A stretch of DNA of 36,889 bases from Elusimicrobiota bacterium (GCA_043811535.1 JBDRNC010000034.1:1-36889); one strand, 5' to 3'. Positions 8,778-19,787 are shown, counted from the stretch's first letter. Made by a program: numbers and translations. Notes: generated by a model from the sequence alone, not told the origin.

Positions 8778-9449
8778 ATGAAATACAAAGTTCTTGTCGT
8801 AGATGATGACGAAGGAATCATAGAACTCATCAAAACCGCCTTTTCCGAAGAAAAGGATTTTCAGATTTCCATTGCGGAAACCGGAAAAAAGGCCCTGCAG
8901 ATCATAAATTCCTTTAAACCCCATATTATTTTGCTGGACGTGATGCTTCCGGATATGGCCGGCTATGAAATTTCCGGCAAGCTCCGGGCCGAGGATAATT
9001 TCACGCCGGTAATATTCATGTCCGGTAAGAAAATTGACCAGGAAGACAAGGCCGCCGGTTTCCTGAGCGGCGCTGATGACTACGTCATAAAACCTTTCGC
9101 ACCCAGGGAACTTCTCTTCCGCGTAAAGGCCGTTCTTAACCGGACAAACCGCGAAGCGCAGATGCATAAAGATTACAAAATAGATCCTGACAATTTTTTG
9201 ATATATATAGGCCCGCAAAAAATCGAAGGGCTTACTCCCACGGAATTCAAGATACTGTCTCTCCTGCTCAGCAAAAGCCCCAATATAGTCAACAAGGATG
9301 AAATTGTTAAAACTATATGGGCCATAGTGAATCCCAGCACCTACAGAAGCCTTGAAGTTTACATACAGCGCCTTAGAAAGAAATTGGGACCCGAAATCGG
9401 AAACAAAATAGAGACAGTTCCCACCAAAGGCTATCGCTACTCCGCCTGA
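8778..9449 (+). CDS. OmpR/PhoB-family response regulator, no adjacent kinase
   Basis: Receiver motifs VVDDD, LLDVMLP, GADDY and KPF; winged helix LTPTEF, LEVYIQRLRKKL and ETV..KGY. Confidence 0.95.
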   Translation: MKYKVLVVDDDEGIIELIKTAFSEEKDFQISIAETGKKALQIINSFKPHIILLDVMLPDMAGYEISGKLRAEDNFTPVIFMSGKKIDQEDKAAGFLSGADDYVIKPFAPRELLFRVKAVLNRTNREAQMHKDYKIDPDNFLIYIGPQKIEGLTPTEFKILSLLLSKSPNIVNKDEIVKTIWAIVNPSTYRSLEVYIQRLRKKLGPEIGNKIETVPTKGYRYSA

Positions 9450-9489
9450 ACTCCGTTTCTCCGTCGGATATTTATTACATTTCTTGCCT

Positions 9490-9507
9490 TTGTGACATAA
9501 ATCACAA
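9490..9507. promoter_or_regulatory. CRP/FNR-type (or Rex-like) binding site
   Basis: TTGTGA-CATAAA-TCACAA, containing a perfect TGTGA-N6-TCACA. Confidence 0.55.
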
Positions 9508-9585
9508 TATTGAGGAACCTCAAAATCATTTGAGCTTAAATTTCATTGTGCCGGTCTTGCTATGCTGTTATAGTATAGTAGGGAC

Positions 9586-9689
9586 AAGTACAATCGAAAA
9601 AGGCAAACTCCGGGTAACCGGAGGACGCAAAACCACGGCCCCGTAAAAGCGCGAAGCGCTCTACGGGGGGCCGGGCTGCCGGAATACTT
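9586..9689 (+). ncRNA. c-di-GMP-I (GEMM-I) riboswitch aptamer
   Basis: GGCAAAC-TCCGG-GTAA-CCGGA-GGACGCAAAACC...GGGCTGCCG with a GNRA loop. P1 is AAGTA..TCG / CGG..TACTT, and the Vc2 G20-equivalent position is G. Confidence 0.9.
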
Positions 9690-9720
9690 TCCTTCGAGTA
9701 TTGAGGCAGTCTTTTTTATT
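9674..9720 (+). terminator. Riboswitch expression-platform intrinsic terminator
   Basis: GGCTGCC..AATACT / AGTATT..GGCAGTC followed by TTTTTTATTT; the 5' arm overlaps the aptamer 3' strand. Confidence 0.85.
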
Positions 9721-9740
9721 TGTATTCTGAGAAGGCAACA

Positions 9741-10244
9741 ATGATCTACGGCATTCCTATCTTCGGAAGCATCGGCAAAAAGAGCGAAAGGAGAAATTCG
9801 CCCCGCCAGGACACTAATGTCGGCGTGCAATTTCAGTTTATCACGCCCTTGCCTTTGATAGTGACAAAGATGTTCAATATATCGGACTCCGGCGCGGGAA
9901 ATTTAAAAAATGTGTCATCCGGCGGAGCGATGCTTGAAATACCCGTAAACATTAAGGGGCCTTCGTTTCTATATCACTTAAACAAGGCGCTTGAAACCTG
10001 CCAGGAGGCTGTCGGCATGGACAAGCCCGTAATTCTGCGGCCTTCTGATTTCAGCACAGTGAAGCTGGTATTTTCCTCGCAGAATAGTGCCGATATTTCC
10101 GTGCTTGCGATCCCCGTATGGGTGAGATATTTCGAAAAGGGATCTTTTGAAGGCACTGTAAATATCGGCCTCAGGTTCCCTGAAAATATGAAACTCGTTT
10201 TAAGCGGCGATCAGATGAACATTGAAACCGTTTTTGACTCATAA
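9741..10244 (+). CDS. PilZ-domain protein
   Basis: ERRNSPR (RxxxR), NVSSGG (D/NxSxxG), VWVR and IGLRF motifs. Confidence 0.8.
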   Translation: MIYGIPIFGSIGKKSERRNSPRQDTNVGVQFQFITPLPLIVTKMFNISDSGAGNLKNVSSGGAMLEIPVNIKGPSFLYHLNKALETCQEAVGMDKPVILRPSDFSTVKLVFSSQNSADISVLAIPVWVRYFEKGSFEGTVNIGLRFPENMKLVLSGDQMNIETVFDS

Positions 10245-10267
10245 GGCGCTTCTTCGAATATAACAAC

Positions 10268-10310
10268 AAAAAAAACGGCCCCTTCCCGGTTACCGGAAAG
10301 AGGCCGTTTT
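10268..10310. terminator. Bidirectional intrinsic terminator
   Basis: A8-CGGCC..TTCC(C)GG / CCGGAA..GGCCG-TTTT between convergent genes. Confidence 0.85.
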
Positions 10311-10327
10311 CTATAAATATATTGCGT

Positions 10328-11880
<1,553 letters not shown>

Positions 11881-11886
11881 GTCAGT

Positions 11887-11915
11887 ATTTTAGGAAAAAT
11901 CGGGGGGAAAGTCAA
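11887..11915 (-). promoter_or_regulatory. gdhA promoter
   Basis: TTGACT, 17 bp, TAAAAT. Confidence 0.75.
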
Positions 11916-11928
11916 GAGAGAGAATAAC

Positions 11929-12016
11929 ATGGCTGAATAACTATATGGCTGAATGGCTATATGGCTAAATTGCTAAAGTCTTTAAGCCATTTGACCATTT
12001 AGCCATTTAACAATTT
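11929..12016. repeat. Octamer palindromic element, short copy
   Basis: ATGGCT units, AAAGTCTTT, inverted AGCCATTT units. Confidence 0.85.
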
Positions 12017-13457
12017 AAATCACTCCCGCTTCTTTCCATACATCCTTCTCTTCCATGCACAGGTACACGAACGGTTTATTGGAGCGCATTTTTATCCAGG
12101 ACATCATTTTTTTATAAATCCGCAGGCGGATCTCCGGGATGTACCTGAGTTTTCCGTCGAAATCGAGCAGCAGCTCACCGTCGAGTATGGAGTTATCGGG
12201 AAAACGTGTTTCTATCACTTTCTTCGTCTCCGGGTTCATCCTAAGCGTCCCTATGCTTATCCAATTGATGTATTTTCCCGGAACCGCGTCAAACAGCCGC
12301 TCAACGACTCCGGCGTAATCCTTTTCCCAGCCGGGATAGTATATGACCGGGTCAAAATGGAAGCCGACGCACGATCCCGCATCGGCAACGGCGCGCGCAG
12401 CGTTAAGCCGTTCTTCAAGCGAAGCGGTATAAAACTCGTTTCTTTCTATTATTGACTGCGGGTTCAGCGACCACGATACAACGATATTCCCCGGAAGCGG
12501 TTTTTTTAGCAGGTTTCCTATATTTACGCTTTTTGTCTTGAACTCAAATGACAAATGCGGCCGTTTTCCGAAGAATTCCGCGATTTGCGGAGAAAATTCC
12601 GTGATATCGTCAAATACGAGCGAATCAGTAAACTCGCCGGTGCCTATCCTCGGCTTCCCGAACATGCCCTTTGCCGCCTTTTCTTCCGTAAAGCCCGAGA
12701 AATACTCCTCCAAATTCGAAGGAAACGCGATACCCGGGAAATTCTGGTAGCCCTGAAGGAAGCAGTACGTGCACTCGTACGGGCATCCGAACCCGATGTT
12801 TAATATGTTGTACCCGCAGCAGACCGCGTTTTTTGTGCACGGGCACTGTTTGAAGAAATCATATTTCTCTTTCACGATGAAGTAGTTCTCGGAACGCTTG
12901 TTGTAGCCCCTGATAGTTAACCCCGTTAGAGACAATGAGCGCTTCGAAGGTACCGATGGCGGTGCTGCACCACCCTCTGAAAGCATAGTTTCAGATCTTC
13001 TTGAGGTGTCGGCCGTATTCTCTAACGGGGTAAACTCTTTATCCCGCAGAGCCGCTTTTAATGAAGGGATTATCTTGAATACCGCTTTCGGGAAGAGCTT
13101 TTTAAACCTGCCCGCGACCGGGCTGTTTTCCGAGCCGTACTCAATATAAACTTTTCTCGGATAAAGTTTCAATTTAATGCCGGTTTTGACTTTTTCAGAA
13201 GCGTTGATCTCCAGTTTAGGCAGATAAAAGCTCTTCTTTTCCGCCTTCCAGCGGCTTTCCGGATAACGTATTCTCAGCAAGACGGCTTTCAGGCGGTCAA
13301 AATCCGCGCTTTCAGTTCCGGCAAGCGTTTCCACGGCGGTGATTCCCCCGCGTTTTGATATCTCGTATACAAGCCGTAGTATTTCGCGCGATTTGTTGAC
13401 GCCGAAACGGCCGTATTTTTTCTGTATTATCCTATTAATTGCTTCAGGACTTTGCAT
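12015..13457 (-). CDS. Spore photoproduct lyase-like radical SAM protein with N-terminal extension
   Basis: CPCT..AVCCGY, GCPYECTYCFLQ, RIGTGEFTDSL, EFKTKS, VSWSLNP, GFHFDP and YLCME motifs. Confidence 0.85.
   Translation of the reverse strand: MQSPEAINRIIQKKYGRFGVNKSREILRLVYEISKRGGITAVETLAGTESADFDRLKAVLLRIRYPESRWKAEKKSFYLPKLEINASEKVKTGIKLKLYPRKVYIEYGSENSPVAGRFKKLFPKAVFKIIPSLKAALRDKEFTPLENTADTSRRSETMLSEGGAAPPSVPSKRSLSLTGLTIRGYNKRSENYFIVKEKYDFFKQCPCTKNAVCCGYNILNIGFGCPYECTYCFLQGYQNFPGIAFPSNLEEYFSGFTEEKAAKGMFGKPRIGTGEFTDSLVFDDITEFSPQIAEFFGKRPHLSFEFKTKSVNIGNLLKKPLPGNIVVSWSLNPQSIIERNEFYTASLEERLNAARAVADAGSCVGFHFDPVIYYPGWEKDYAGVVERLFDAVPGKYINWISIGTLRMNPETKKVIETRFPDNSILDGELLLDFDGKLRYIPEIRLRIYKKMMSWIKMRSNKPFVYLCMEEKDVWKEAGVI
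12918..13031. mobile_element. 114-bp MITE-like palindromic insertion, in frame within the SPL-like gene
   Basis: 13-bp terminal IRs ACCCCGTTAGAGA (12920-12932) and TCTCTAACGGGGT (13019-13031); encodes TPLE...SLTG. Confidence 0.85.
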
Positions 13458-14157
13458 TTTGGGGTGATTGGATGAATAAGATGAGAAGCTTGGCGAGTTC
13501 GTTCTTGGAATTGTCTATTTTCTGGCGTTCCGCCGGCTCAAGGTCCGTGTAGAACGGTTTTTTCGTGATAATATCGGTCACGTAAGACAGCGATATTGCC
13601 CTTCTTTTTATATGAAGCGCGGATGAGAAGACCAGCGAGCTTTCCATGTCCACGCACGAGATCTTGTGCTTCGCGAACCATTGGATGTATCCCGCTTCAA
13701 GGAACAGCGAGCCGACGGTGGCGCAGTTGAGCTGCATTATATTTTTTCCGGCCGCGAATCCCTCGAATTTTTCAAAAAGTTTCTTGTCCGGGTAGGAGGC
13801 GTCCATGCCTTCCCTGAATTTAAGCATTTCCGTGAAACTCTCGAGCACCAGCGCTTTTTTTGTCATTACCTTCGTTCCCAGATCGATAACCCCGGTGCTC
13901 CCGCAGCTCCCGAAAAGAAAGATATTCCTGCAGGCAGTGTCATTCAAAAGCAGCACGCAGTCGCCCGCCATCGTGCCGTACTTTGAATGTATGACGCTGG
14001 CGTATCCCGCGTTAATAACGCTGAAAAGCAGGCCCCGCGCGCTTTGGACGGAACCGGCGCCGGAAAACAATCCCACATTGCCCGGCATCGGGCATATAAT
14101 GCAGTTTTCCCTTATCTCGCCCTGTTCAATTCCGAATAACTTCTTAAACGCGTTCAT
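13444..14157 (-). CDS. Nucleoside phosphorylase-family (PNP/UDP) protein
   Basis: LFGSCG, CVDMESS and YVTD motifs; overlaps the SPL-like start by 14 nt. Confidence 0.75.
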   Translation of the reverse strand: MNAFKKLFGIEQGEIRENCIICPMPGNVGLFSGAGSVQSARGLLFSVINAGYASVIHSKYGTMAGDCVLLLNDTACRNIFLFGSCGSTGVIDLGTKVMTKKALVLESFTEMLKFREGMDASYPDKKLFEKFEGFAAGKNIMQLNCATVGSLFLEAGYIQWFAKHKISCVDMESSLVFSSALHIKRRAISLSYVTDIITKKPFYTDLEPAERQKIDNSKNELAKLLILFIQSPQNAKS

Positions 14158-14180
14158 TTTAAATACCGTACCTCGTCGCT

Positions 14181-14232
14181 AGTGACCCGTGGCCCGTAAA
14201 ACGTGTCACGAGTCACTGGTCACAGGCCACTG
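14181..14232. repeat. Heptamer inverted array hairpin
   Basis: GTGACCC/GTGGCCC units face GAGTCAC/TGGTCAC/AGGCCAC units. Confidence 0.6.
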
Positions 14233-14235
14233 TTG

Positions 14236-15321
14236 TTAAGGCATTACGTCCGTAAACCGCGTGAGGCGGTTCAGTATATCGCTTTCTTTCACAATTCCGC
14301 TTGCTACAAGCTGTTTTATCTCAGGCAGAACTCTCTTATATTTATCAACAAGCATCTTTGAGCACTCGCAGTAGAATTCCACTTTTTCTTTGTCATAGTT
14401 CAGATGCGGGATAACGCAGCGCCCGGCGCATACGTTCTTGATCTCGCAGTTTACGCATATCTCAAAGTTGAAGTCGCCGCGCGACTTTTTCATGTCCACT
14501 CCGCCGCTGACTGTTCCCAGTTTATTATGGTAGCTGTCCTCGCACGAATAAACCGAGCCGTCTATGGCTATCGCCTGGAAATTCGTCCCTATGCCGCACG
14601 GGAGTCCCGTATACACGTGTTTGTGCTCAAGCATGTCGTATAATCCCTGAAACGGTATGAGCCCGGTGACCTTTCCGTCTTTCAGGCCTTTCATCCAGCA
14701 GTCCAGCAGGATGTCCAGGTCTTTGTCGTAGTTTGAAAGGAAGCCGGCCAGGTCTTCCTTTTCCGGAGAATTCTCCAGGAACCAGAAAATATTATCAAAT
14801 TCGCCGGTAAGATTCAAAACAGAATCCTTAAGGCGCGACCTGGGAGTTATCGTGACAAAAGCGAGCACGTTCGCTTTTAAATCGTTTTTTACGCCCGCGA
14901 AGTTTTCCAGCGTGCGCCTATAACTTCCTTTGCCGCGGACTTCATCGTGAAGGCGGCTGTCTCCGTCTATCGAAACGGATATCATATGCATTTTGTTGAG
15001 CAGGCCGATATTTTCCCGCGATATGAGCGTGCCGTTCGTGAAGATGTTATACATCGGCCTCAATCCTGCCGTGCCGTCCATTACTTCCGACAAAAGCCCC
15101 GTTTCAAGCATGGGTTCGCCGCCGTAAAACGTTATCACGACCGGGTCGTAGCCGTTCTTGCGCGCATCGCTCATGATATGAGATATAATTTTCGGCGCGT
15201 CGGCCTTTTTCGCGGGCTCTTTGCTTCGGCGGGCTGAATTTATGCAGTAGGCGCAGTTCAGGTTGCACCTGTTCGTCGTCATTATCGAGTACTCCATGTA
15301 GGTTTCTTTAATGCAGCTCAT
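14236..15321 (-). CDS. Radical SAM/SPASM-domain protein (resembles AF0577-type putative peptide maturases)
   Basis: CNLNCAYC, FYGGEP, TNGTL and SIDG motifs; C-terminal CGIG..DG.VYSC and CVNC...VCAGRC...C. ATG 15321 has a GGAG SD; 15297 is an alternative start. Confidence 0.85.
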   Translation of the reverse strand: MSCIKETYMEYSIMTTNRCNLNCAYCINSARRSKEPAKKADAPKIISHIMSDARKNGYDPVVITFYGGEPMLETGLLSEVMDGTAGLRPMYNIFTNGTLISRENIGLLNKMHMISVSIDGDSRLHDEVRGKGSYRRTLENFAGVKNDLKANVLAFVTITPRSRLKDSVLNLTGEFDNIFWFLENSPEKEDLAGFLSNYDKDLDILLDCWMKGLKDGKVTGLIPFQGLYDMLEHKHVYTGLPCGIGTNFQAIAIDGSVYSCEDSYHNKLGTVSGGVDMKKSRGDFNFEICVNCEIKNVCAGRCVIPHLNYDKEKVEFYCECSKMLVDKYKRVLPEIKQLVASGIVKESDILNRLTRFTDVMP

Positions 15322-15331
15322 TAACGGCTCC

Positions 15332-15461
15332 AAATACTAAACAATAAACTCTAAATACTAAATAAACAAAAAATAATAATGTTTAAGTTCAAATAAACAG
15401 CAGTTATTTAGATTTTGGATTTTAGATTTATTTAGTGTTTAGTATTTAGAATTTAGTATTT
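15332..15461. repeat. AT-rich heptamer palindromic element (CTAAATA/TATTTAG)
   Basis: AAATACTAAA..CTAAATACTAAATAAA pairs with TTTATTTAGTGTTTAG..TTTAGTATTT. Confidence 0.8.
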
Positions 15462-15464
15462 GCC

Positions 15465-16928
15465 TTATTCTTTCTGTGTCGCCAGTATCTGATTTATTTT
15501 CGCAAGGTCCTTGTTGTCCACGAGAATCAACAGTATGTCGCCGTCTTCGATGACCGTATTGCCCCCGGGGACTATAAAATCCTCACCGCGCGCGATCAGC
15601 GTGATCAGGCACTCCTGCGGGAGCCCCAGTTCCACCACCGCCTTGCCGATGACCGCGGAACCGTACGGCACTAAGAAATCCACGAGCCGCATGTTCATTT
15701 TATCGGTATGCTCGAACTCTATCGGGTATTTTCTGGTATCTTTGAAAGGAGCCGCGACGCCGAGTGTCTTGGCGAGAACATGCACCGTGGTTCCCTGCAG
15801 CAGCATGGACGTAAGCACCACGAAGAAAACGATGTTGAATATTATGCCTGATTTATCCACCCCGGCGAGCAGCGGGAAAGTCGCCAGGATTATAGGTACA
15901 GATGCCCTCAGCCCCACCCATGAGACAAGCGCCTTTTCGCTGAGGCCCAGTTTAGAAGGTATCAGCGCTATGAAAACGCTTAACGGCCTTGCGAACACCA
16001 TCAGGAAAAGCGAGACAAGTATTCCCATTATCGCCGCGGGCATAAGCATCGACGGCATTATGAGAAGGCCGAGCGCGAGGAACATGCTTATCTGCATGAG
16101 CCACGCGACGCCTCCGTGGAAATTCACGAGGCTCTTCTTGTGGGCGAAATTCCTGTTGCCCATAACGATGCCGGCAATATAGGCCGTCAGGAACCCGTTG
16201 CCTCCGGATTTGACGGATACCGCGTACGCAAGCAGCACGAGCGCCGTGGTCAGCACCGGGTAGAGGCCGTCATATTCAAGTTTCAGCTTATTTACCAGGT
16301 AAAACATGCAAACACCGAAAATATACCCGAACAGCGCGCCGAGCCCCATCTGCAGGAAAAACGTTGGGAACATCGTCATGAAAGATTTTTCGGGATTAAG
16401 CAGCAGGCTTGTGAATCCGATGGTCAGAAAGACCGCCATCGGGTCGTTAGAACCGGATTCAAGCTCGAGAAGAGGCTGAAGGTCCCCCGAAAGACTTACT
16501 TTCTTTGACCTTAGCACCGAAAAGACGGCAGTAGCGTCTGTTGATGAAACGATAGCGCCGAGCAGCAGGCCCTCAAGCAGCGAAAATCCCAGCACGACGG
16601 TTGCGAACCATCCGACGGCAAGCGCCGTCAGAAGGACGCCGACCGTGGAAAGCAGGACCCCTTCCCTGAAAACCGGTTTTACTTTTTTCCACTCGGTATC
16701 CGCGCCGCTGAAAAACAGTATGAAAACAAGCGCCAGCACGCCGAACGCCTGGATTACGGCAGGATCGGAAAATTTAATAAGGTGGAATCCTTCCTTGCCG
16801 ATTACAATGCCTAAAAATAAAAAAAGCAAAAGGGAGGGAACTCCCATTTTGCTTGACGCCTTGCTGGCTATTACGCTTATAGTCAGAATCGCCGACACGA
16901 CAATAAGGATGCTTTCTATTGAAAACAT
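15465..16928 (-). CDS. cvrA: Potassium/proton antiporter (CPA1, CvrA/NhaP2) with TrkA_C domain
   Basis: GAIVSSTDA, LELESGSNDPMA, FLALGLL and WVGLR motifs; C-terminal P.G.TVIE.GD. Confidence 0.9.
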   Translation of the reverse strand: MFSIESILIVVSAILTISVIASKASSKMGVPSLLLFLFLGIVIGKEGFHLIKFSDPAVIQAFGVLALVFILFFSGADTEWKKVKPVFREGVLLSTVGVLLTALAVGWFATVVLGFSLLEGLLLGAIVSSTDATAVFSVLRSKKVSLSGDLQPLLELESGSNDPMAVFLTIGFTSLLLNPEKSFMTMFPTFFLQMGLGALFGYIFGVCMFYLVNKLKLEYDGLYPVLTTALVLLAYAVSVKSGGNGFLTAYIAGIVMGNRNFAHKKSLVNFHGGVAWLMQISMFLALGLLIMPSMLMPAAIMGILVSLFLMVFARPLSVFIALIPSKLGLSEKALVSWVGLRASVPIILATFPLLAGVDKSGIIFNIVFFVVLTSMLLQGTTVHVLAKTLGVAAPFKDTRKYPIEFEHTDKMNMRLVDFLVPYGSAVIGKAVVELGLPQECLITLIARGEDFIVPGGNTVIEDGDILLILVDNKDLAKINQILATQKE

Positions 16929-16965
16929 TTTATAATATCCTCGTCAGCCGTTTCTCGCTAAAATT

Positions 16966-16994
16966 ATTTTATCAATTATGCTGAATAATAGCAA
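16966..16994 (-). promoter_or_regulatory. cvrA promoter
   Basis: TTGCTA, 17 bp, TGaTAAAAT. Confidence 0.6.
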
Positions 16995-16999
16995 TAAAT

Positions 17000-17070
17000 T
17001 GAAATCCCCCGCCGTTACCGTTCCCGCATCGATGTAAACCGATGCGGGAACGGCATAGGAAGGGAATTTG
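17000..17070 (-). terminator. Long hairpin after GH35, probable operon terminator
   Basis: CCGTTCCCGCATCG / CGATGCGGGAACGG stem inside AAATCCC..GGGAATTT. Confidence 0.55.
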
Positions 17071-17087
17071 AATGTAGTTCTGTCTCT

Positions 17088-19787
17088 TCAGTATTCTATT
17101 TCAAATTCCACGTCTTTCGCCGTGTAAAACGGCTCTATTGTCGGCTCTTCCAGGTATGCAGGATTATAGCCCTCCAGCAGAACGTTGTGGAACCCCGGCC
17201 CCTCAACAACTATCGCGAGCACGTTGTCTTTTTCAAGGAAGGTTTCCGGTACGTAGAAATCGTTTTGGGGGCCGATGGATTCGTATTTCCCGACGGCTTT
17301 ACCGTTGACATAAATGTAGCATCTTTCCTCGGCGCGCGGTATTGTAAGTTTCACGGGCGCCTGCCAGCCTTCCTGTTTATCGTACTTGAACCTGCGCCTG
17401 AGCCAGATAAGATTTCCGAGGGATTCATCGGCAAGGAACCTGTAGCCTGACGGCGCTTTCGCCCACCGCGAGTCGTCGAATCCTTTCGTGTGGTAGCCAA
17501 GGTTAAGACCGCCCAGATTGAACTTGTATTTGAATTTCTTAATCTTTATGGTATTGCCGTAGGCGTCCCGAAGCGTGAACGGCTTCTGAAGCCCGCTGTA
17601 TTTCTTAATCGCGCCTTCGTGAGGGTGCGCTTTTGTATGATAGGCGTTCTCGTATCGCACCGCTACCACGTTCCTGCCGGGTTTCAAAAACCGCGCAACG
17701 TTCTTTTCGCTCTCGCCGACTCCTTTCCAGACAAACCCGCCGTTCACGTAAACGTACATCCGGTCCATCTTACCCGAGTCGAATTTCATGTTCGCCGTAC
17801 CGTTTGTCTTTTCAACGTTGAATTCCGCGCGGTACCAGTAATAGCCGTGTCCGAATATCCCGGCCTTTTCCAAAGAGACGGGCTCGGCCAGGGTTTCCCA
17901 GCCGGAATCGTCGTAATCCGGCATCTTTTCTTTCTCGTCGGGACAATAATGCCAGTCCGGCTCCCACTTCACCGCGCAAGCTTTCCGTTCATCCTGTTTC
18001 AGCTCATACTTGAATTCGCAAAGATTGTTCCCGCGGTCCCACTTGAACTTTACCGGCTTGCCGTCCAGAACGATTTTTTTCGGCTTTTCTTCTAAAAACA
18101 GCCTATTTGCGTGCTCCCGGCCCGGTCTTACGGACGCGCCGCCGTTCCACACGTAATCAAACGTCGTAACCCCTTTTCCGCGGGGGAATTCCCAAACCCT
18201 GCCCGAAAGCTCTTTATCCAGCACGACAACCTTCAAGCCACCAATGTCGTATATTTTCATTCCCGAGTGCATATACTTCAATTCTTTCGTTTTTTTCCCT
18301 GAAACAAAAACTGTTTCTCCAGGGGAGTTGCTGTCCCCGTACAGGAAGATATAGTTCCTCCCGCCGATATTTTCCAAAGAAAGCAGTTCCGACGTGGAAT
18401 ACTTCACCGTCCATCCGCCGGCGCCCGTTTTCACGTTGACGGGCAGGAGCCTGACGGTGTACGCGGGCAGCTCAAACGTCCCCTTTTTCGGGATCCGCAC
18501 CTTTCCATTTTCTCCGTTAAACTCTACCGCGACATTGTAGGCCCTGTCTTCCAGGTTGCGTGTCATTACAAGGCCGCCGTCTTTTCCGGAGCGCGACAGT
18601 ATCTTAAGTTTTGAGGTCTTTTGCGTGAAATCCCCGTCCACCGCGGCGCCGCCTGATTTCAGCAGTCTCAGCGACTCGCCGCCTTCGATGAATCCGGCTT
18701 TGTCATATGACTGCTCCGCCCCGGTGAAAAGCCCGGGGAATGAATTGACGAGCTGTGAAACGGCGCGCGTCGCGTAATACTTTTCCGCGTCCGGCTCGCC
18801 CCACTCCCTGATGGGCGAGACCCCGAAATCGAAGGAAGTGGTGTTTCCTGTCGGCGAGGGCAGCACGCCTTCGTCGCCCCTGCAGTTCCAGCCGGGAAAA
18901 GTGGTCCCGCCGGCGTACATATATAGATTCAACAGCGACGCGCCGTGCGCCAGGACGTTGCGCATGATGGAATCCAGGACGTTGAGCCCTATCCTGCACA
19001 GCGGCTGGCCGAACTGGTCAAACCATCCCGACTGCAGCTCGAGTATCAGCGTCGGTTTGCCGGGCTGCTGTTTTTTAGTAAGTTCTATCTTTTCGTCAAA
19101 GTGGTCGAATTCCCACAGCCACAGCCACGGTATGTTCGGATAGAAAGTCCGCGTCTCTATTATGTCCGATCCGCGCACGAGCCTTCCCTCGTTCGTGAAT
19201 GTGGGGATGTCTATGCCCGCTTCGCGCGAGAGTTCCAGAAGGCGGAACATGTATTTTTTCGCGGTTTCTTCGGGTATCTTGAAGTTTCCCATGTCAAGAT
19301 AGTGGTCATATTCGTTCTCTATCTGGAACAGTATAACGGTGCCGCCGTTCGTTATGAGGTGCTTCTTCGCCGCCTTCGCTATTTCTTTGAACCAACGTTC
19401 TATGTAACCGAGGTATTTTTCGTCGTACGTGCGCATCTCCATCTCTTTCGACAGCAGCCAGTCGGGAAACCCGCCGAAATCCCATTCCGCGCAGATGTAG
19501 GGGCCCGGCTTCATAATAACGTACAGCCCGTATTTCTCGCACAACTCTAAGAACCCGCCCAAGTCCCTGTCGCCCGTCCAGAGCATCTTGCCTTCTTCGG
19601 GCTCGTGGAAGTTCCACGGTATGTAGGTGCTCACGAAGTTGCACCCGCCGAGCTTCATCTTCCTTATCCTGTCTTCCCAGAGTTCGGGCGGCGTGCGGAA
19701 ATAGTGGAACTCGCCCCCGAAAAGCATTATTCTTTTTCCATTGATGAAAAAACTCTTTTCGTCATACCTGATCGCGTCTTTTGTCAT
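17088..19787 (-). CDS. GH35 beta-galactosidase-family enzyme, no signal peptide, with C-terminal jelly-roll domains
   Basis: GGEFHYFR, PWNFHEP, PGPYICAEW, QIENEY, LELQSGWF and YMYAGGT motifs. Start moved to ATG 19787 (SD GGAGG). Confidence 0.92.
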   Translation of the reverse strand: MTKDAIRYDEKSFFINGKRIMLFGGEFHYFRTPPELWEDRIRKMKLGGCNFVSTYIPWNFHEPEEGKMLWTGDRDLGGFLELCEKYGLYVIMKPGPYICAEWDFGGFPDWLLSKEMEMRTYDEKYLGYIERWFKEIAKAAKKHLITNGGTVILFQIENEYDHYLDMGNFKIPEETAKKYMFRLLELSREAGIDIPTFTNEGRLVRGSDIIETRTFYPNIPWLWLWEFDHFDEKIELTKKQQPGKPTLILELQSGWFDQFGQPLCRIGLNVLDSIMRNVLAHGASLLNLYMYAGGTTFPGWNCRGDEGVLPSPTGNTTSFDFGVSPIREWGEPDAEKYYATRAVSQLVNSFPGLFTGAEQSYDKAGFIEGGESLRLLKSGGAAVDGDFTQKTSKLKILSRSGKDGGLVMTRNLEDRAYNVAVEFNGENGKVRIPKKGTFELPAYTVRLLPVNVKTGAGGWTVKYSTSELLSLENIGGRNYIFLYGDSNSPGETVFVSGKKTKELKYMHSGMKIYDIGGLKVVVLDKELSGRVWEFPRGKGVTTFDYVWNGGASVRPGREHANRLFLEEKPKKIVLDGKPVKFKWDRGNNLCEFKYELKQDERKACAVKWEPDWHYCPDEKEKMPDYDDSGWETLAEPVSLEKAGIFGHGYYWYRAEFNVEKTNGTANMKFDSGKMDRMYVYVNGGFVWKGVGESEKNVARFLKPGRNVVAVRYENAYHTKAHPHEGAIKKYSGLQKPFTLRDAYGNTIKIKKFKYKFNLGGLNLGYHTKGFDDSRWAKAPSGYRFLADESLGNLIWLRRRFKYDKQEGWQAPVKLTIPRAEERCYIYVNGKAVGKYESIGPQNDFYVPETFLEKDNVLAIVVEGPGFHNVLLEGYNPAYLEEPTIEPFYTAKDVEFEIEY

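Noticed and set aside
9586..9689. c-AMP-GMP (GEMM-Ib) specificity
   Set aside because: The G20-equivalent position is G (GGCAAAC), which fits c-di-GMP.
12015..13457. splB as evidence of sporulation
   Set aside because: SPL-like proteins are widespread in non-sporulators, and no sporulation genes are present.
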